From the NCBI GenBank assembly GCA_050084985.1, contig JBITNC010000001.1:86118001-86182000 (forward strand): a DNA stretch of 64,000 nucleotides. The letters are read 5' to 3'. The notes beneath the pieces are model-generated. The model searched no databases, had not been told where the DNA came from, and saw only the letters and a program-made list of their open reading frames with translations. The position numbers and the translations under genes are program-made. Below, in pieces: positions 1 through 12,646 of this stretch. The stretch is from Nageia nagi. Taxonomy: Eukaryota; Plantae; Pinophyta. How positions within the stretch are numbered: position 1 is the first letter of the stretch; each line of letters opens with the position of its first letter.

Positions 1-98
1 TTTGGAATGGAGTGTAGATATGTTGTGATCCCAGTCTCTCCTGAAATCACTATTTCTCTGAGCTCCAACTCTTAGTCAAGCGATTAATTGGTAGTCTT

Positions 99-755
99 TT
101 GTATTTGACTATATCCAAGCCAGATATTGCCTTTGCAGTGAATCTGATGGCACGATTCATGCAAAAACCATATGTTGAGCACCTCAAATTTGTTAAGCAA
201 ATCTCGAGGTATGTTGCAAGGACTAAGGATCTTACTCTCAAGTATTCTAAGTTGCCCTCACTTGTTCTCTTTGGATTCTCAAATTCTGACTATGGGGGAG
301 ATAGAGATGACAGGAAAGCAACCTCTGCATATGTATTTAGCATTGGTTCAAGTGTTATCTCTTGGGCTTCCAAGAAGCAGCCTACTATTTCTCTTTCCAC
401 CATAGAAGTCGAATACCAAGCCATGTCTGTTGCAACCCAGGAAGCTATTTGGCTAAGGCATCTTCTGAAAGAAATTGGGTATGAGCAAGGAGGCTCATCT
501 TTGATTTCTTTAGACAATCAGTCGACTGTTTCTTTGGCTAACAATCCTATGTTCCATCAGAGAACAAAACATGTGGAAATCCATGCCCATTTTATCAGGG
601 AGAAGGTTCTTGATGGCATCATACACTTGGAGTATTGTCCATCCACCTTGAACTTCGCTGATTTGTTCACCAAGCCCCTTCTGGAAGCTCAGTTCTGTAA
701 ACTTAGGGATGCTATTGGGTTGGTGAAGTTGCCCTCAAGGGGGAGTGAAGTTTGA
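99..755 (+). CDS. copia polyprotein C-terminus (RT tail + Ty1 RNase H), partial
   Basis: Canonical Ty1 RNase H motifs. The frame is open upstream (KRLIGSLLYLT), so 99 is not a true start. Confidence 0.9.
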   Translation: MYLTISKPDIAFAVNLMARFMQKPYVEHLKFVKQISRYVARTKDLTLKYSKLPSLVLFGFSNSDYGGDRDDRKATSAYVFSIGSSVISWASKKQPTISLSTIEVEYQAMSVATQEAIWLRHLLKEIGYEQGGSSLISLDNQSTVSLANNPMFHQRTKHVEIHAHFIREKVLDGIIHLEYCPSTLNFADLFTKPLLEAQFCKLRDAIGLVKLPSRGSEV

Positions 756-1464
756 ACTCTTGTGTTGAATTCATATTTGTGATGACAACTTCACCCCTAG
801 AAGGATTTTGTGTTGTATAGTGTTGATTTTGTTGTACACCTTCGTGGTAAGTTCGCTCTGCATGAGGAACTTGTACAAAATTTTAAAAACAAAAAGATTG
901 GCTAATCTAGCATTGTTCAGTTATCCATATGTGAGGAACTCTTATGTGTCTTTTGGCACTGTTCAGTTATTCATATGTGAGGAACTCGTATGTGCATGCT
1001 CTATTTTGTAATGATAATCAACACATGTTTTATATACAGCAGGTGACTATGAGTTTTTGGCATGGCATCTTCGTGATGACTTATAGTGCACCATTGATCA
1101 GTTCTTGATGGCATTTGTGTGATTCATCTATCCTTGTTGACATGAATATGTTTCATCTCACTAATCTTGTTATTTGAGCTGCTTATGACCTATAGGTTTC
1201 TTTGAGATTACAGGTTACTTTGGGTATGCAGGCTCTTGGAGACTCTTCATGACTTTCAATTGGATGACTACTTCATGTACATTGAAACCAATTATGGTTA
1301 ATGATTGTATTTGGCAAAGTAATGAGTCTCAAATTAGATCTTTCTTCCTTTACAAATATGTTAAAAGTTCTCATCTCCGTTGTATCTGTTTGGAGGAGAA
1401 CTCTCTTACTTTCTCGCTTTCTTCTCTCTTATTCGCTCTATCCCAATATTGCATTAAGGGTTAG

Positions 1465-1961
1465 TGTTGGAATGTACAATGCATTATTGTAAAGGTTATG
1501 TAATAATCTTCTATGTAAGTTCACTAATACTTAAGGGTATCATTTGATACCTTAAGTATTTAAGTGAATATGATAATGTAACTTGTCCTACACTCCATGT
1601 CATGAACATGCCCCTTGGGTAAAAGGATGTGCATGTCATGCTTTTGTACATTGGATAAAAGGGTGATCCAAAGAGGGATTTTGGCTTATAAATAGAAGGC
1701 TCTTTCTTTGTGATCACACACCAATTGTGGAGTAAAGTTATGATATAGGATAGTGTTTAGGAGAAAAGTGTAGGAAGATTGTAAGAGTTCATATTTGTTA
1801 AGAAGAGAGATCTAGTTAGTGGATGTACTCCTAGTTGAAGGAACCACTTACATCTTGTGTTATCTTTGTAAGATTGCTTTGTGAGTTGTTAGATGTGCAT
1901 TGTGAGCTTTCATGTGATCTTGGTTGTTTATGATTGCTTTTGTTATAGTTCAATCCCTTCA
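1465..1961 (+). repeat. copia 3' LTR (~497 bp)
   Basis: TG...CA ends, degenerate PPT (aagggttag) before it, internal TATAAATA near 1687, similarity to LTRs at 37049 and 44874. Confidence 0.85.
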
Positions 1962-4240
1962 GATAAGAGTATCAATTTGCTGAAATTCCTCATTTTCATC
2001 TTCGGAATCTTCTCCTTCGCAGGGATGATTTGAACTCAAACTAGCCATCATTGCAACCATGTCGAAGCGGGGTTCCATAGGTTGTTTTCCGTAGGGAACC
2101 ATCTCTTCGTCTTCAATGATTTCGACATCATGCTCTACTTGTCTTCTTTTTCTCCTTTGTTCTTCATTTTCTCCATCCTGTTGATTTTCATCATCTCCCC
2201 CTGAAGATGATGTCAGTGTCCTCGCTCTTGAAGTACCTTTCTGAGCTGATGTTGTTGTGGTCCTTCGAGATGGTGACGTTTGCGATGCCTATTTCCGAGG
2301 AGCAGATTTTGGGGTATCTGTTCCTGCTGCTTGCTGTACAATCATATCGACTGAGGGATTGCCTTCACTAAGGATCTCTACTGAATGATCGATGTTGACC
2401 CACTCAAAGGCAGCATCTTGGTTTATCTTCATGTCAGTGTTGATGACTGCAGCAAAATCCATCTCTTCATGGTCTCTGATGAGTCACTTAATCCATATTT
2501 ATCGAAACTGGATGATGATGTGCAGGGGTTTTGATTCAAGCGCATACCACTCCAATTCAAACCTTGTGGGAGATTTATCTTTTTTTGCAAGTGTTTGAAT
2601 GGTTGAGAGATCAGGCCTGCTCTTCTAAGGTCCAAGATTTCATTCCTCGTACTCGTGACAGTTGTTTCAATGGTTTGTCCGGGGATGGTATTGGTAGCGT
2701 ACTGCCCATTCTGTCCTTGAGCTAGGGTTACTAAAGGGGATATTATGGGAATAACATACTCATGGCTCGGGGGTACAGTGACTCGTGCATTGGCTCTTAA
2801 CCTAGCAACTTGTTCGACTTCATGTTGTTTTTGTTCTTTTTTCAGCTCCTTATGAATCCGTTGAACCTGTAGGGCGTTTTGAATGTTCCTATACCTCTTA
2901 ATGCTACCAAGGGACTGGTGTGGGTATGATGAGCTCCAAGTCTTCTAGAAGAATGCATCAATCACTCCATCGGGATCATAGTGATCCGCAGCTACTTCTA
3001 TCAAGAATTCATACAATGCTAGTTCTTGTTTGATCATTTCAATCTGTCGCCAATTGGTGCATTCATAATTCCCGATGATAATAGGTAATTGGTAAGTAGT
3101 CACCGCCTTCTTTACCCATACCTTGTCATGTACGTTTAGCAAGTGTCTTGAAAATTCCATAAGGATGATACGATCACTTGCATAACGGGGTTGCCTGTAA
3201 GGGGCTTCTTTGGAGCCATAGACCCTTAGGTAGATGAACTCTATGTCTTCCGCAAAGAAGTCTGCATGTCCCTTGATAGCAGTAGCAGCCTCTTTGGATA
3301 TTCTGAATACGTTAGCTCTACCTAGGATCTCTTCGTAGATCTTGCCTTCAAAACCATTGGTCATCATCGTCCAGTTTCCAGTATTCCATTTATTATTAGC
3401 ATAGAACCGGGGTAATTTTCCCACACTGGATGTGTAGGGTTTTACAGATACTAGGTATTGACAATTGAAGTTACCCTCTCCCTACGATGGAGGAGTAGGA
3501 AAACTAGGTAGGATAAAATTTCCTGCTCTTCTGAATGTCTTTCAGTTGCTGAGCCAAGGAATCACTAATTACTCTGCTCCACTAACACCTTTACCGCTAC
3601 TGATTAGCTCTATAAACCCCGCGAATTCCGGCTGGAATTTGGTGTCATCTTTCTGTCCAGTCACTTTGGAAAGCATGGATATTAGTCTAGAGACTACTAG
3701 ATAGAACTCTCCTCTGTTTGGCATTGCTAAGCTCTCCCTGTGAGATGCTTGCAGTCATCGGCCAACCAATCTCTGATAAAATCAGCTAGAGGTTTCAGAC
3801 CCTTGTAGAACTTCAAGGAGTCTTGCATGTTGTATGATAAGCCTTCGCCCTTCCAAGAGAATGCCCTTTCTATTCCTTCCTCAAAGAAGTCCATGATTAC
3901 CTTGTTTCTTCTATCGAGGAGTCTCCGCTCTAGGATGTTGCAATGCTTTCCTAGCTCATAACACAACTCACGGAAGGGGATGGCAAATGGCACCATAGAA
4001 GCTGATAGTAGTAAGGAAGTTTTCAAGGTGTCCTTCACTATCGAAGCTGGATCCAATGTATGTATTTTCATTAGAGTTTAATTGGATCGAGGGAGTTATA
4101 ATCTGTATCTCCGATCTCACTCGGTCAATGATTCTTGCAGTGGGCATCACGGGCTCTGACGTATGTTCAAGAGTGATGGGATTGTCCATCGTGAGCCTTT
4201 TCTGCTTCCTATCTTTGATATTCTGAGCAACTAACCCCAT
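1962..4240 (-). pseudogene. TE accessory gene, 'domain A' + acidic linker (unknown function), frameshifted, cut by copia insertion
   Basis: Fragments 3968-4240, 3727-4071 and 2945-3424 align with 18244-19855, e.g. VPFAIPFRELCYELGKH vs IPFTAPFPELCMEVGHH; YLRVYGSKEAPYRQPRY vs YIRIHGSAV*PYQLPRF; DHYDPD in both. Minus-strand TATAAATA at 5101-5108. Confidence 0.8.
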
Positions 4241-5499
4241 CCTGTTCCTGTCTAAGAGAACAACACAGTGTTAGAGGATTCTTGGGAAGCTTGTGGCACT
4301 TTCTAGGCAAGCTAAGAGAATTTTTCAAAAAATTGGGATTTTGGGCATTTTTTTCTCTAAGTGTGCCATCATCGAAAAATATCAAGGTTTGCAATTTTCA
4401 AATCCTTTTGGGTGAGTTTAAGGTGACACAAAGGTAGCTACCTCAAAGGGGAATGCCTTGGCAAAAATCTCAGATGATTGGGGAATTTTCAAGTTTTTCT
4501 CCAAAAACCTTGACTTTTTCAACAGGAAAAAATGGTGAAATTTGGCAAAATTGGCAAATGATGCCGGAATCAAGTTCTAACACCTTAGATGGATGGGGAA
4601 TGAATGGGGAAGGTGTTTCAGACTTTGAAACAGCCAAAATGGACTTCAAAAACAATTTTTGGAATTTTTTGAAATTTTTTGGGATTTTTTTTTAATTTTT
4701 TTTAAAAAATGAGGATTTTGAGGACTCAGATCTTGGATCTTATGAATTTTTTGTGTTTTTTAGCTGAAAATAAAAGTTGATCACATGGATAAAGGGTATC
4801 CAAAAAAATGATCAAAATTGAAATCTGAAAAAAAAAATCAAGTGTTTGAAGGTTTGAAAAATGGGTTTTTATGAAAAAATCCTCAAAACTTGAAAAAAAT
4901 GGAGTTCATGTGGATGGAGGATGCTTCGATTTCGAAATTTAATGGAGTTTGGGTAAATGGCCAAGATACTAAGTGTTTGAAAAAATCCTCCAAGGCTGGA
5001 AAAATGGCTTCTTTTCTCACTTGGCTCTTAAATTCTCAAAAATTTGGGTGGCATAAGGGTGAAAAAAAGAGAGGTGAGCAAAATGGAGGGGGTATGGTCG
5101 TATTTATAGACCTTGGGGTGTTAAAAGTGCCACATGTCACTTCCACATCAACCTTAGAGCTCAACACTTGCACTTTGGACTATTTTCTTTCAAACCCAAC
5201 ATTGGAAATCATGAGAAAACTTGGAAAAAGGTCAAAACCTGCACCTAGATGGGGAGGGAGCAGATTTGGTGCAATGGGGGAGGTCTTGGAAGCAAAGATG
5301 ATGGCCTTGGAATGCTCTACAACCTCCATGCTTCAGATTTGGATTTTGAATTTTGATATTTTTGAAGGAAAATCCAAATTTTTTGAATTTTCTCAGCCCT
5401 TAGATCCTTTTGGATGCAAAAAGGTGGTTTTTAGGAGTTTGTGTGAGCCAAATTGCACAAATGATAGGTCAAAATGGTGTAGAATCACACCACCTACCT

Positions 5500-6850
5500 C
5501 ATAAAAGTGAAGAATTGCAATTTTGGGCACTTTTAGGAACCAAGGAGGCTAGGCACACATTTTACGATGTTTAGGCAAGTTTTGAAAAATGAAAAAATGG
5601 GGGATAACTTGCACAACCAGCACCTACCTTTTAGCGGAGGGGAAATTAGTTTTTGAGCAAATTTGCAAGAGGTAAAGATGCTTGCATTTGGATTTTGAAC
5701 CCTACCTTTCTTTACAATTTTGTTTTTGGGATTTTTGAAATTTCTTGGAAAATTTTGGAGTTCTCTCATTGGCTGATTCAAATTTTGGGATTTTGAGGGA
5801 GTAGATCAACTTTTTCCAAAAACTTAAAACATGAAAGAGATGTAAAATTGGATTCCCATGCTCCTAGGATCAAAAATTTTGATTTTTGAGCAAAAATGAG
5901 GGCTTGCAAGCTAGGCGCAGGTTTTAGGGGCTTTGGCATGTTTGTTGGAAATTTAGAAAATGGGGGAAACAAGCCAAAACTGCCACCTAGCTTTTTCAGG
6001 GGGTAAACTTGATTTTTTTGCAACATTGCAAGAGGCAATGTTGATCTCCTTTGAATTTTGCATCCTACCTCACTTTCCTTTTTTGATTTGAACAAGTTTG
6101 GAAAATTTTGAGAAAATTTGGAGCCCTCTCATTGGTCAATCGAAATTTGATGATTTGAGGAGGTAGATTTCAATTTTTTAGGAAAGTCAAATCATCAAAC
6201 TTGAGAGGAATCCCATCCTATACTCCTTGAAGGTCAAAATTTTCAATTTTTTTCAAATTTGGGGCACAAGAAGGGTAGGCACAGATTTTAGGATGTTTGG
6301 GGTGTTTTGAAGATTTTGAAAAATGAGGGAAAACACCCAAAACCAACGCCTAGCTCTAGGAGGGTCAAAATTTGCTAAATTTCAAAAATTCCAAGAGGAA
6401 AGGTGCCTAATTTTTTATTTGCCACCCTACCTCACTCTTAAATTTTCATTTTGACACTTTTGGGAATTTTGGAAATCTTGGAGCATTCTCATTGGCTTCC
6501 CTTTTGCTCATTTTCCTATTTTTTCTCATTTTCGATGGTGCAAAATTCGTTGAAGTCATGAACTTGAAAGACCAATTTGATGTAGAATCGCAATCCCCAT
6601 GCTTCTGAGCTCAACAATTGCCATTTCAGATCAATTTGGGCCTCCCAAAAGGTAGGTGCAAGTTTTGAGGGGAATAGGCTATTTTTCAAAATTTACTGAG
6701 GCAAAACTTGCAAAACTCCACCCTAACTTTTCAAGGGTCAAAAATTGAGTTTTTTCAAAATTTTCAAGAGTAGAGTGACCTTAATTTGTCATTTGGCACC
6801 ATACCTCTCTCTTGGATTTTCATTCCGAGCACTTTGGAAAAAATTCAATT
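5500..6850. repeat. ~365-bp degenerate tandem repeat (~4 units) with inverted TAGGCGCAG...CCAAAAC..GCCTAG half-sites and CCAAT boxes
   Basis: (g/c)TAGG(C/T)RCA at ~5549, 5911, 6275, 6652; CTCATTGG at ~5765, 6128, 6488; phased A/T tracts throughout 4300-7500. Confidence 0.75.
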
Positions 6851-7545
6851 TTCAGGCTCAAACCGAAGCTTTTTGAAGGCCAAAATGCTCATTTCTTGAT
6901 CCTGGCGCACAAGGGCGCTCAAACTTGTTTTCCTCATTCATCCCAGGCTATATTGTACATTCCCGACCTTCACCGTCTTTTACGAACCCAAATGGTGCAT
7001 TTCCGACCATTTTCGGCATTTCTAGGCTCTAAGTATGAATTTTGACCATTTTCAGCTTTTTCGAACATTTCCAAGCTTGAACGGTGAAAAAATGGTCATT
7101 TTCGGCATTTTTAGTATTTCGAGCTCAAAGTCTATATTTTTGGCCTTTCCAGACTCAAGATATGCAAAAATGCTCATTTCCAGCCTTTTCGAGCATTTCC
7201 GAGCACTTTGAGCTCAAACTTGCATTTTTGGTCATTTTTGAGCTCTCCGAGCTTAAATCGTGCAAAAATGCACACTTTCAGCATAGTGACCATTTTCGGG
7301 CTCAAAATTGACCAAAACGTGCTTTTCCATGCTATTGACCATTTTCTGGCTCCCCGGGCTCAAAATTGACAAAACGCACTTTTTGGCTGTAGATGCCCTT
7401 TTCGGGTTCAATTTGTGGAAAAAAGCGCATTTTTGTCATCTTGATTGTATCCACTAGCCTTGGGCTCAAATTCGACGAAAAAAGCATCTTTTGTCGCCTT
7501 AGCACCTTTGTTGCTCAACTTTGCCAAAACGAAACTTTTTCTGCC

Positions 7546-9745
7546 ATGATGGCCATTCGCTCAAAACTCCACTATCTGGTTGCTGTCACAATCCAAAACT
7601 CCGTCCTTTGAGATGCTGCTCAAGACCGAGCCCCGACTTGGCCACTGGTTGAGATGAATTGTTTCCATGACTTCGGGGCATGTTCGTGCATTGTTTGATC
7701 AATTCGTCATTCTAGGTATCCATATCGGTTGTAAGTTGATCATGCCGAGGCAATATTGCTCATTGCCGTTTAAAAAATTGGGTCCCCAAAATGCTGCATC
7801 TTTGGGTGTGTTGTGTGGGCACAACAGCTTCCTGCAAGAAAAAGGCAAGAGGCCTCGAGGGAGCCCATCCTGGGTCCTAGCAAACACAATGTAATAGAGG
7901 CTGATCTCAAAGACGCTGGATATCATGCTCTCCCCTCGGATGTGCTGGACGATGTGGTAAATGCAGCTTGTGGTAGTGGTTCATCCACTAAGGCAATCCC
8001 TTCCAGACCTATCCATTCTCCTAGTCCCAGAAAGAAAGTTCCCCCTCTACAACCAAGTTCTAGCTCTAGCTTTGAACGTTCCTCTTCTTTCGAAGAAGAA
8101 ACTGATGAAGATCTTGATCGTACGATGGAAGATTCTAGAGAAGAATCAAAAAGCCGTAGTAAGAGAAGAAGAAGAAGAAGATGTTGACAATGCTGCCAAT
8201 ATGCCTAAGCAAGAGGATGTGACTATAGGTGCTTCATCACATGATGAAACTGAAACTGAAACCATCCCAGATGATGAGATAGTGGACGTTGGTACCTATG
8301 ATGATGACGTCCAGATAATTGGGAAGAAGTGCGCTAGAGAGGTGGTTGCATCTAAGTCCTCTCCTGCTGAACATAGGAAGAAGTCCTCTTCTTCGCATAA
8401 ATTCTCTACCAAAAGGAGTCATGAGAGATCTCCCTAGCTCTGGAACAAAGGCTTATCTATAGGCGATAATGGAGGAGATGAAGAAGACGAAGGAGAGACT
8501 GATGAACAGAAAAAGAAGAGGCAGCAAGAGGAGCATCAAGGCAAGGAAATGGCTATAGTTCAGACCACTCTAGTGAAGGAGGTCAAGAAAATCGATAAAG
8601 GAAGATTGTTGGTTCAAAGGTTTCCCCCTCGGCCAGCAACCGAACATCCAAATCTTGACCTGGATGCTTGCCTTAGAGCCCTCAGCATGAGTACAACTCA
8701 TGATGAAGACATAGACCAGAACCTGCGTTCTGAAGATGAGGAGGAAGAACTTTCAAATGGGGAGAAGATTCGAAAGGTGGACACTTTTTGTCTCCACCTC
8801 TCAAAAAGAGATCTCCATTAGCCATTGCTACTCGAAGGAGAAACACCCTCAGAGACCGAGGTTTATGTCATCGAGACATTCAAGATGCTTATGAAACTGG
8901 GGTTGATAGCCAGAAAACACATTGTTACTCAGAATGTTGCATTCATGGAGCAGAAAGGCTATGAAGCCAAAAAAGAGGTGAAGAGATTGACGAAGAAACT
9001 CACGGCTAGTAAGAAGATTATCAAGGAGTTCCAGAAAATTAGCACCACCCGTTTAAACCTAAGACTTCTTTCTATGAAGGATGGGAACTGATAAAGGAGA
9101 AGCTTAGGAATGAAGTGGAGGCCATCAAGAGATTGTCTTCATAGATTTACAAACTCCTTGCTGAAGGTGTTGAAATCAAGGATCTCAAGACATAGATTTT
9201 AGCACACCTTAGCACGTTGGATAGTTATCTTCTCAATGTTTCCCATCTGCAGCACATTTACACCAACAACCCTGAAAAGTTTGTTTATTGCCATGAGTTC
9301 ACCTATCATCATGATTGGTTGAACCACGCACTTGAGAAGTGCAATGAAGTCCTGAAAGTCAGAATCCCTTTGAGAAAGGAGATTGAGGAATAGATGAGTA
9401 TCTTTATCAACTCAAGTTCCAAGGGGAGGATAACAATGTTAGTAAGAAGGAGGCAGTATTGGCAGAGGCCCAAAATCTAATCCAAGAGCATCTTGAAATT
9501 GATGATCTCAACTTGCTGAAGTAGGGCATCTCGTCATCCATGAGAGGCGGATGGTCATTTGGAGACACCAGATGCAGGCTACGTCCAAGAAAATTGAAGG
9601 ATATTTCCGGCAAAATGGCAGTATTATTGATATCATCTCTAGGGGCATGCGGAAGACTATGGCATTCTTGGAGAAGAACATTGAGTCCTACGGTCTCACC
9701 AGCGAGGAGTGGAACTCCACTCGTATCGAATCAGATCTGGCCTAG
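7546..9745 (+). pseudogene. TE accessory gene, Ser/acidic region + helical/coiled-coil 'domain B' (unknown function), with stops and frameshifts
   Basis: LGLIARKHIVTQN ~ IGLVGRKHAIISN (20.7 kb); LSTLDS...H...NNPEKFVYCHE ~ LRVLDS...H...RRPEDVKFCEE; WRHQM...KIEGYFRQN...GMRKTMAFLE ~ WEKDM...KVERYMAKN...GLKLTAKFLD (21.4 kb). Start approximate. Confidence 0.75.
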
Positions 9746-9906
9746 GTTTCATTCACCTGTAAACTTCATCTGTGGTATCTTTTCTTTGTTTAATGCATAC
9801 TTAATGTTGGTTGTTATCTCAAACTTTATTCCATCCAATTTGATCGGTGTAGGGATGAGGTTTTGCTTCTGTCAGGTGAAATCTATCATATTCATTTATG
9901 GCTTTG

Positions 9907-9940
9907 ACCGATGCAGGGATGAGGTTTTGCTCCCATCGGT
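9907..9940 (+). other. Conserved hairpin motif (stem ACCGATG/CATCGGT around GGATGAGGTTTTGCTCC); decayed second copy at ~9845-9875
   Basis: Same core at 21611-21627 enclosed by a different perfect stem. Confidence 0.7.
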
Positions 9941-11649
9941 GTAGATGTCAGACCTTTCAAACTATTTATTGCATATCTGATTTACTGTTGCATAGATTAG
10001 ATATAGATTAGATGCATTTTGAAGGTGGCATTTATATTTTGTCAACTTTAAGTGCCACTTGCATAGTTTTTTTTTGCAATCTGATTTTGTATTGATGTGT
10101 GTTGTGTGTTTGTGCACCATATCAGATTTGATGCCTTTAGGGTAGCACTTCTAGTGGCCTATTTATACCCCACTCAAGCCATTTAGAAAGGGATTTTGGC
10201 ACTAGGGATTTTGCATCAAATTCTAACATGAAGAATTTTGATATGAGGAATTTATGCATAGGATCTTAACACAATTTTGCATGGGACTTCTGCACTTAAT
10301 GAAAGCATCATATATTGGAGTTCTTGCATCTTTGAGATTCTGACTATTGGGTTTATATATATAATCATTTTGAACCTTTGCATATTATAATACTCACATT
10401 CCATTGCATAGAGGTTTGCTGCATAAGGGGTTCTATGCATGTATCGTTGTTGAAAATTATTATGAATGAGTTTATCTAGAGGAATAAAATCATAAAGTTA
10501 TATTGTGAGGAATATCATTTGTGGGATTGTGCATATTTGAATGGTTCTTTCTTTGAGCTGCTTATTGATTATTCATGTGAAAGAGTTTGATCCTTCTTTG
10601 CATAGTTTGCACGCAAGTGGATATATTATGAGGCTTAAAGCTTGTCTTTATATCATTCGGTTAGGTTATTGCACTCACGCCCTCACTTCACTTTTACCCC
10701 CTCCATCGAGTCTTCCACAGACCCTAAAACTTCTTGCTCTCGTCTAGTAGTGATTTGAGCATATTTGCTATTTGTTGCCCGGCTTGATAGTGAATGCATC
10801 AACCTTAATGAATCTGAGGATGACCTGATGAAACACTATATCCCTAGCGATGTCTTCATAAGTCTTTTCCTTTCCTCGCATTCCCTTGCATTTATCCTTG
10901 TGTTTGTCTCTGCATTTGTGATCTTTCTTCGCTTTCGTTCACATTTGCAGTCTTTCCTCATTTGTGGAAAGGATTTCCGGCATGTATTTCCCTTGTATAC
11001 AATTAACAACATGTATCTTTAACTGCTGAGCCATCAAGACCATATTCCATGTGAGCGCTTGGGGTAACCAGTCTTTTCAGGTGGAAACAAGTAACATTGT
11101 TTCCTCCAAGTCTTGTGCATGTTTTGGGCGAGGAAAGAAAAACATACCAACAGCTATAACATGTCAATCCAACCTACATAGTTTGAAATCATGCAATCTA
11201 TGTAATTTATTTTGATAAAAGCTATTGCAGATTTAGTGTTCGGTATATAGTAGAAATCCCCATGATTTGGGAACCAATTTGCTTTCTAAGGTACAAAACA
11301 ACAAATTCTTTAAGATTTTTTTGTTAGAAAACATGCAAATAATCCAAAATCCAAATTTTAGCTAAGTTTAATCTATTTTGAAAAACTTGCTGCATTCTGA
11401 GAGTTTGTCAACATGACCAGCCCATATGGTGCATTGCATTGAAATTTTTTAACAAGTTTACATTTTTTGGAAGCTCTTAAGATCCTAAGGGTTGCTTCTT
11501 TCAATTTTCAGATTGGAAGCTTTAATCAAACTGAAATCTTGAAGGAAGAAGGTAAAAACAATTCTGTAGGTATAAGAATTTATTACAAATGTAATGGCAT
11601 GGAACATTTGTGATTTGAAATCATAGCTTGCAAGAAGAAAATGCACAAG

Positions 11650-11900
11650 GGCTCTGATACTAATTCTGATAAAGAGGTCTTGCTGGCTTGGCCAAAATGG
11701 GGGGAACCACTTAAATTGCATATTAAGAGATTTGGTGGTACTGATCCTATTGACTGGATAGATGAAATTGCTAAACAATTCAAATTGCGTGATACACCTA
11801 AAATGGAAAGGGTTTATTTTTCAAAATATTTGAGGAACAAGATATGGCAAGCTAAAAAGAATAGATTATGAACCAACATGGAGAAAGTTTGTGGATATAC
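11650..11900. mobile_element. LTR retrotransposon remnants: minus-strand tRNA-iMet PBS-like sequence and plus-strand gag-like fragment
   Basis: GGCTCTGATACTA (reverse TAGTATCAGAGCC) near 11650; KRFGGTDPIDWI...TPKMERV resembles a Ty3 gag N-terminus. Confidence 0.4.
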
Positions 11901-12143
11901 TTATTAAGTATGATGAATCTAATGTTCATAACCAAAAGAATGCAAGACCAGTGTTGACTCCAAGAACCATGAGAAATAAGATTATGATTCCAATTTTGAT
12001 TTTGGGATTATCATGATCTATGAAAAAGACCTTGAAAGCGTTGTTCAAAGTTATTATTTGAGCATTTCTAAACATTATTTTTAGAAGGGATGGCCATGTT
12101 TGGGTTATCTATGATTAATGACCATATATGCCATTGTTGGGAT

Positions 12144-12646
12144 CATAGAATATTAATATAACGTTTATATGCCAAATTTTCCTCCAAAAAATGTTGTTTT
12201 TTCCTAGCAAAATACAGTGTTGTTTAAATGTCAAAAATATGCCAAAATAATGGTCAAAAAACATTGAATACACCTTGAATACGTGAAGAGACAGTGGAAG
12301 TACCCATCATACTTACCATATTTAGTGTATAAACAGCCAAAAAATGCAAAAACATGTATAAAAAATTGCATGTTTTTTTAATGTGCCATGTATTTTTCCC
12401 AAATTTGTCATCTTTTTTCTATCTTTTGTCCATTTTTTCCCGAATTTGTCATTTTTTTTGTCATGAACTTTTCCCATTTTTTTGGTTTTTTACCAACTTT
12501 TTCCCTTTTTTTGCCAAATTTGCCGTATTCAAAAATTTTAAAATTTGCAAATTTTGTCATATTCACCTTACTTTGACCCTTTTTGGACCGTTTTTAACTA
12601 TTTAGCCCCGGACCATATTTACAAAAAATCGAATTTTTATTCTATG
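12144..12646. mobile_element. hAT-type non-autonomous DNA transposon (MITE-like, 503 bp)
   Basis: TIRs CATAGAATA...TATTCTATG; 8-bp flanks GTTGGGAT / GTCAGGAT, consistent with one TSD GTCGGGAT after CpG deamination on opposite strands. Confidence 0.8.

Larger units (their letters stand above)
1..1961 (+). mobile_element. Ty1/copia LTR retrotransposon, 3' part (RT end, RNase H, 3' UTR, 3' LTR); 5' part outside window
   Basis: ORF 99-755 has copia RT/RNase H motifs (PDIAFAVN, SDYGGDRDDRK.TS.YVF, ISWASKKQ, DNQS, FHQRTKHVEI, ADLFTKPL). LTR TGTTGGAATG...CCCTTCA at 1465-1961 resembles the LTRs of the copia at 37049-45362. Confidence 0.95.
1962..11152 (+). mobile_element. Giant gypsy-like (Tat/Ogre-type) LTR or 3' region carrying two divergent accessory ORFs; left part interrupted by the copia
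   Basis: Ends ...GAAAAACATACCAACA (11152) with no PBS after it. Same order (ORF, hairpin, TATA, U5-like tail, CAACA) as the unit at 16642-22359, and the ORFs are homologous to that unit's ORF. Confidence 0.65.

Noticed and set aside
4453-7611. ORFs such as 4890-5504, 5778-6095 and 7084-7311 as genes
   Set aside because: F/K-rich translations of phased A/T-tract DNA with no domain signal.
9907-9940. SECIS or K-turn interpretation of the ATGA-containing hairpin
   Set aside because: No opposing GA for tandem G.A pairs and no apical AA; land plants lack selenoproteins.
10785-10845. Hammerhead ribozyme (CTGAGGA/CTGATGA...GAAAC, ATAGTG/CACTAT stem) in the LTR tail
   Set aside because: Core boxes overlap or are mutated; no valid stem II closing pair, NUH site or stem I. 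Worth rechecking only on a family consensus.
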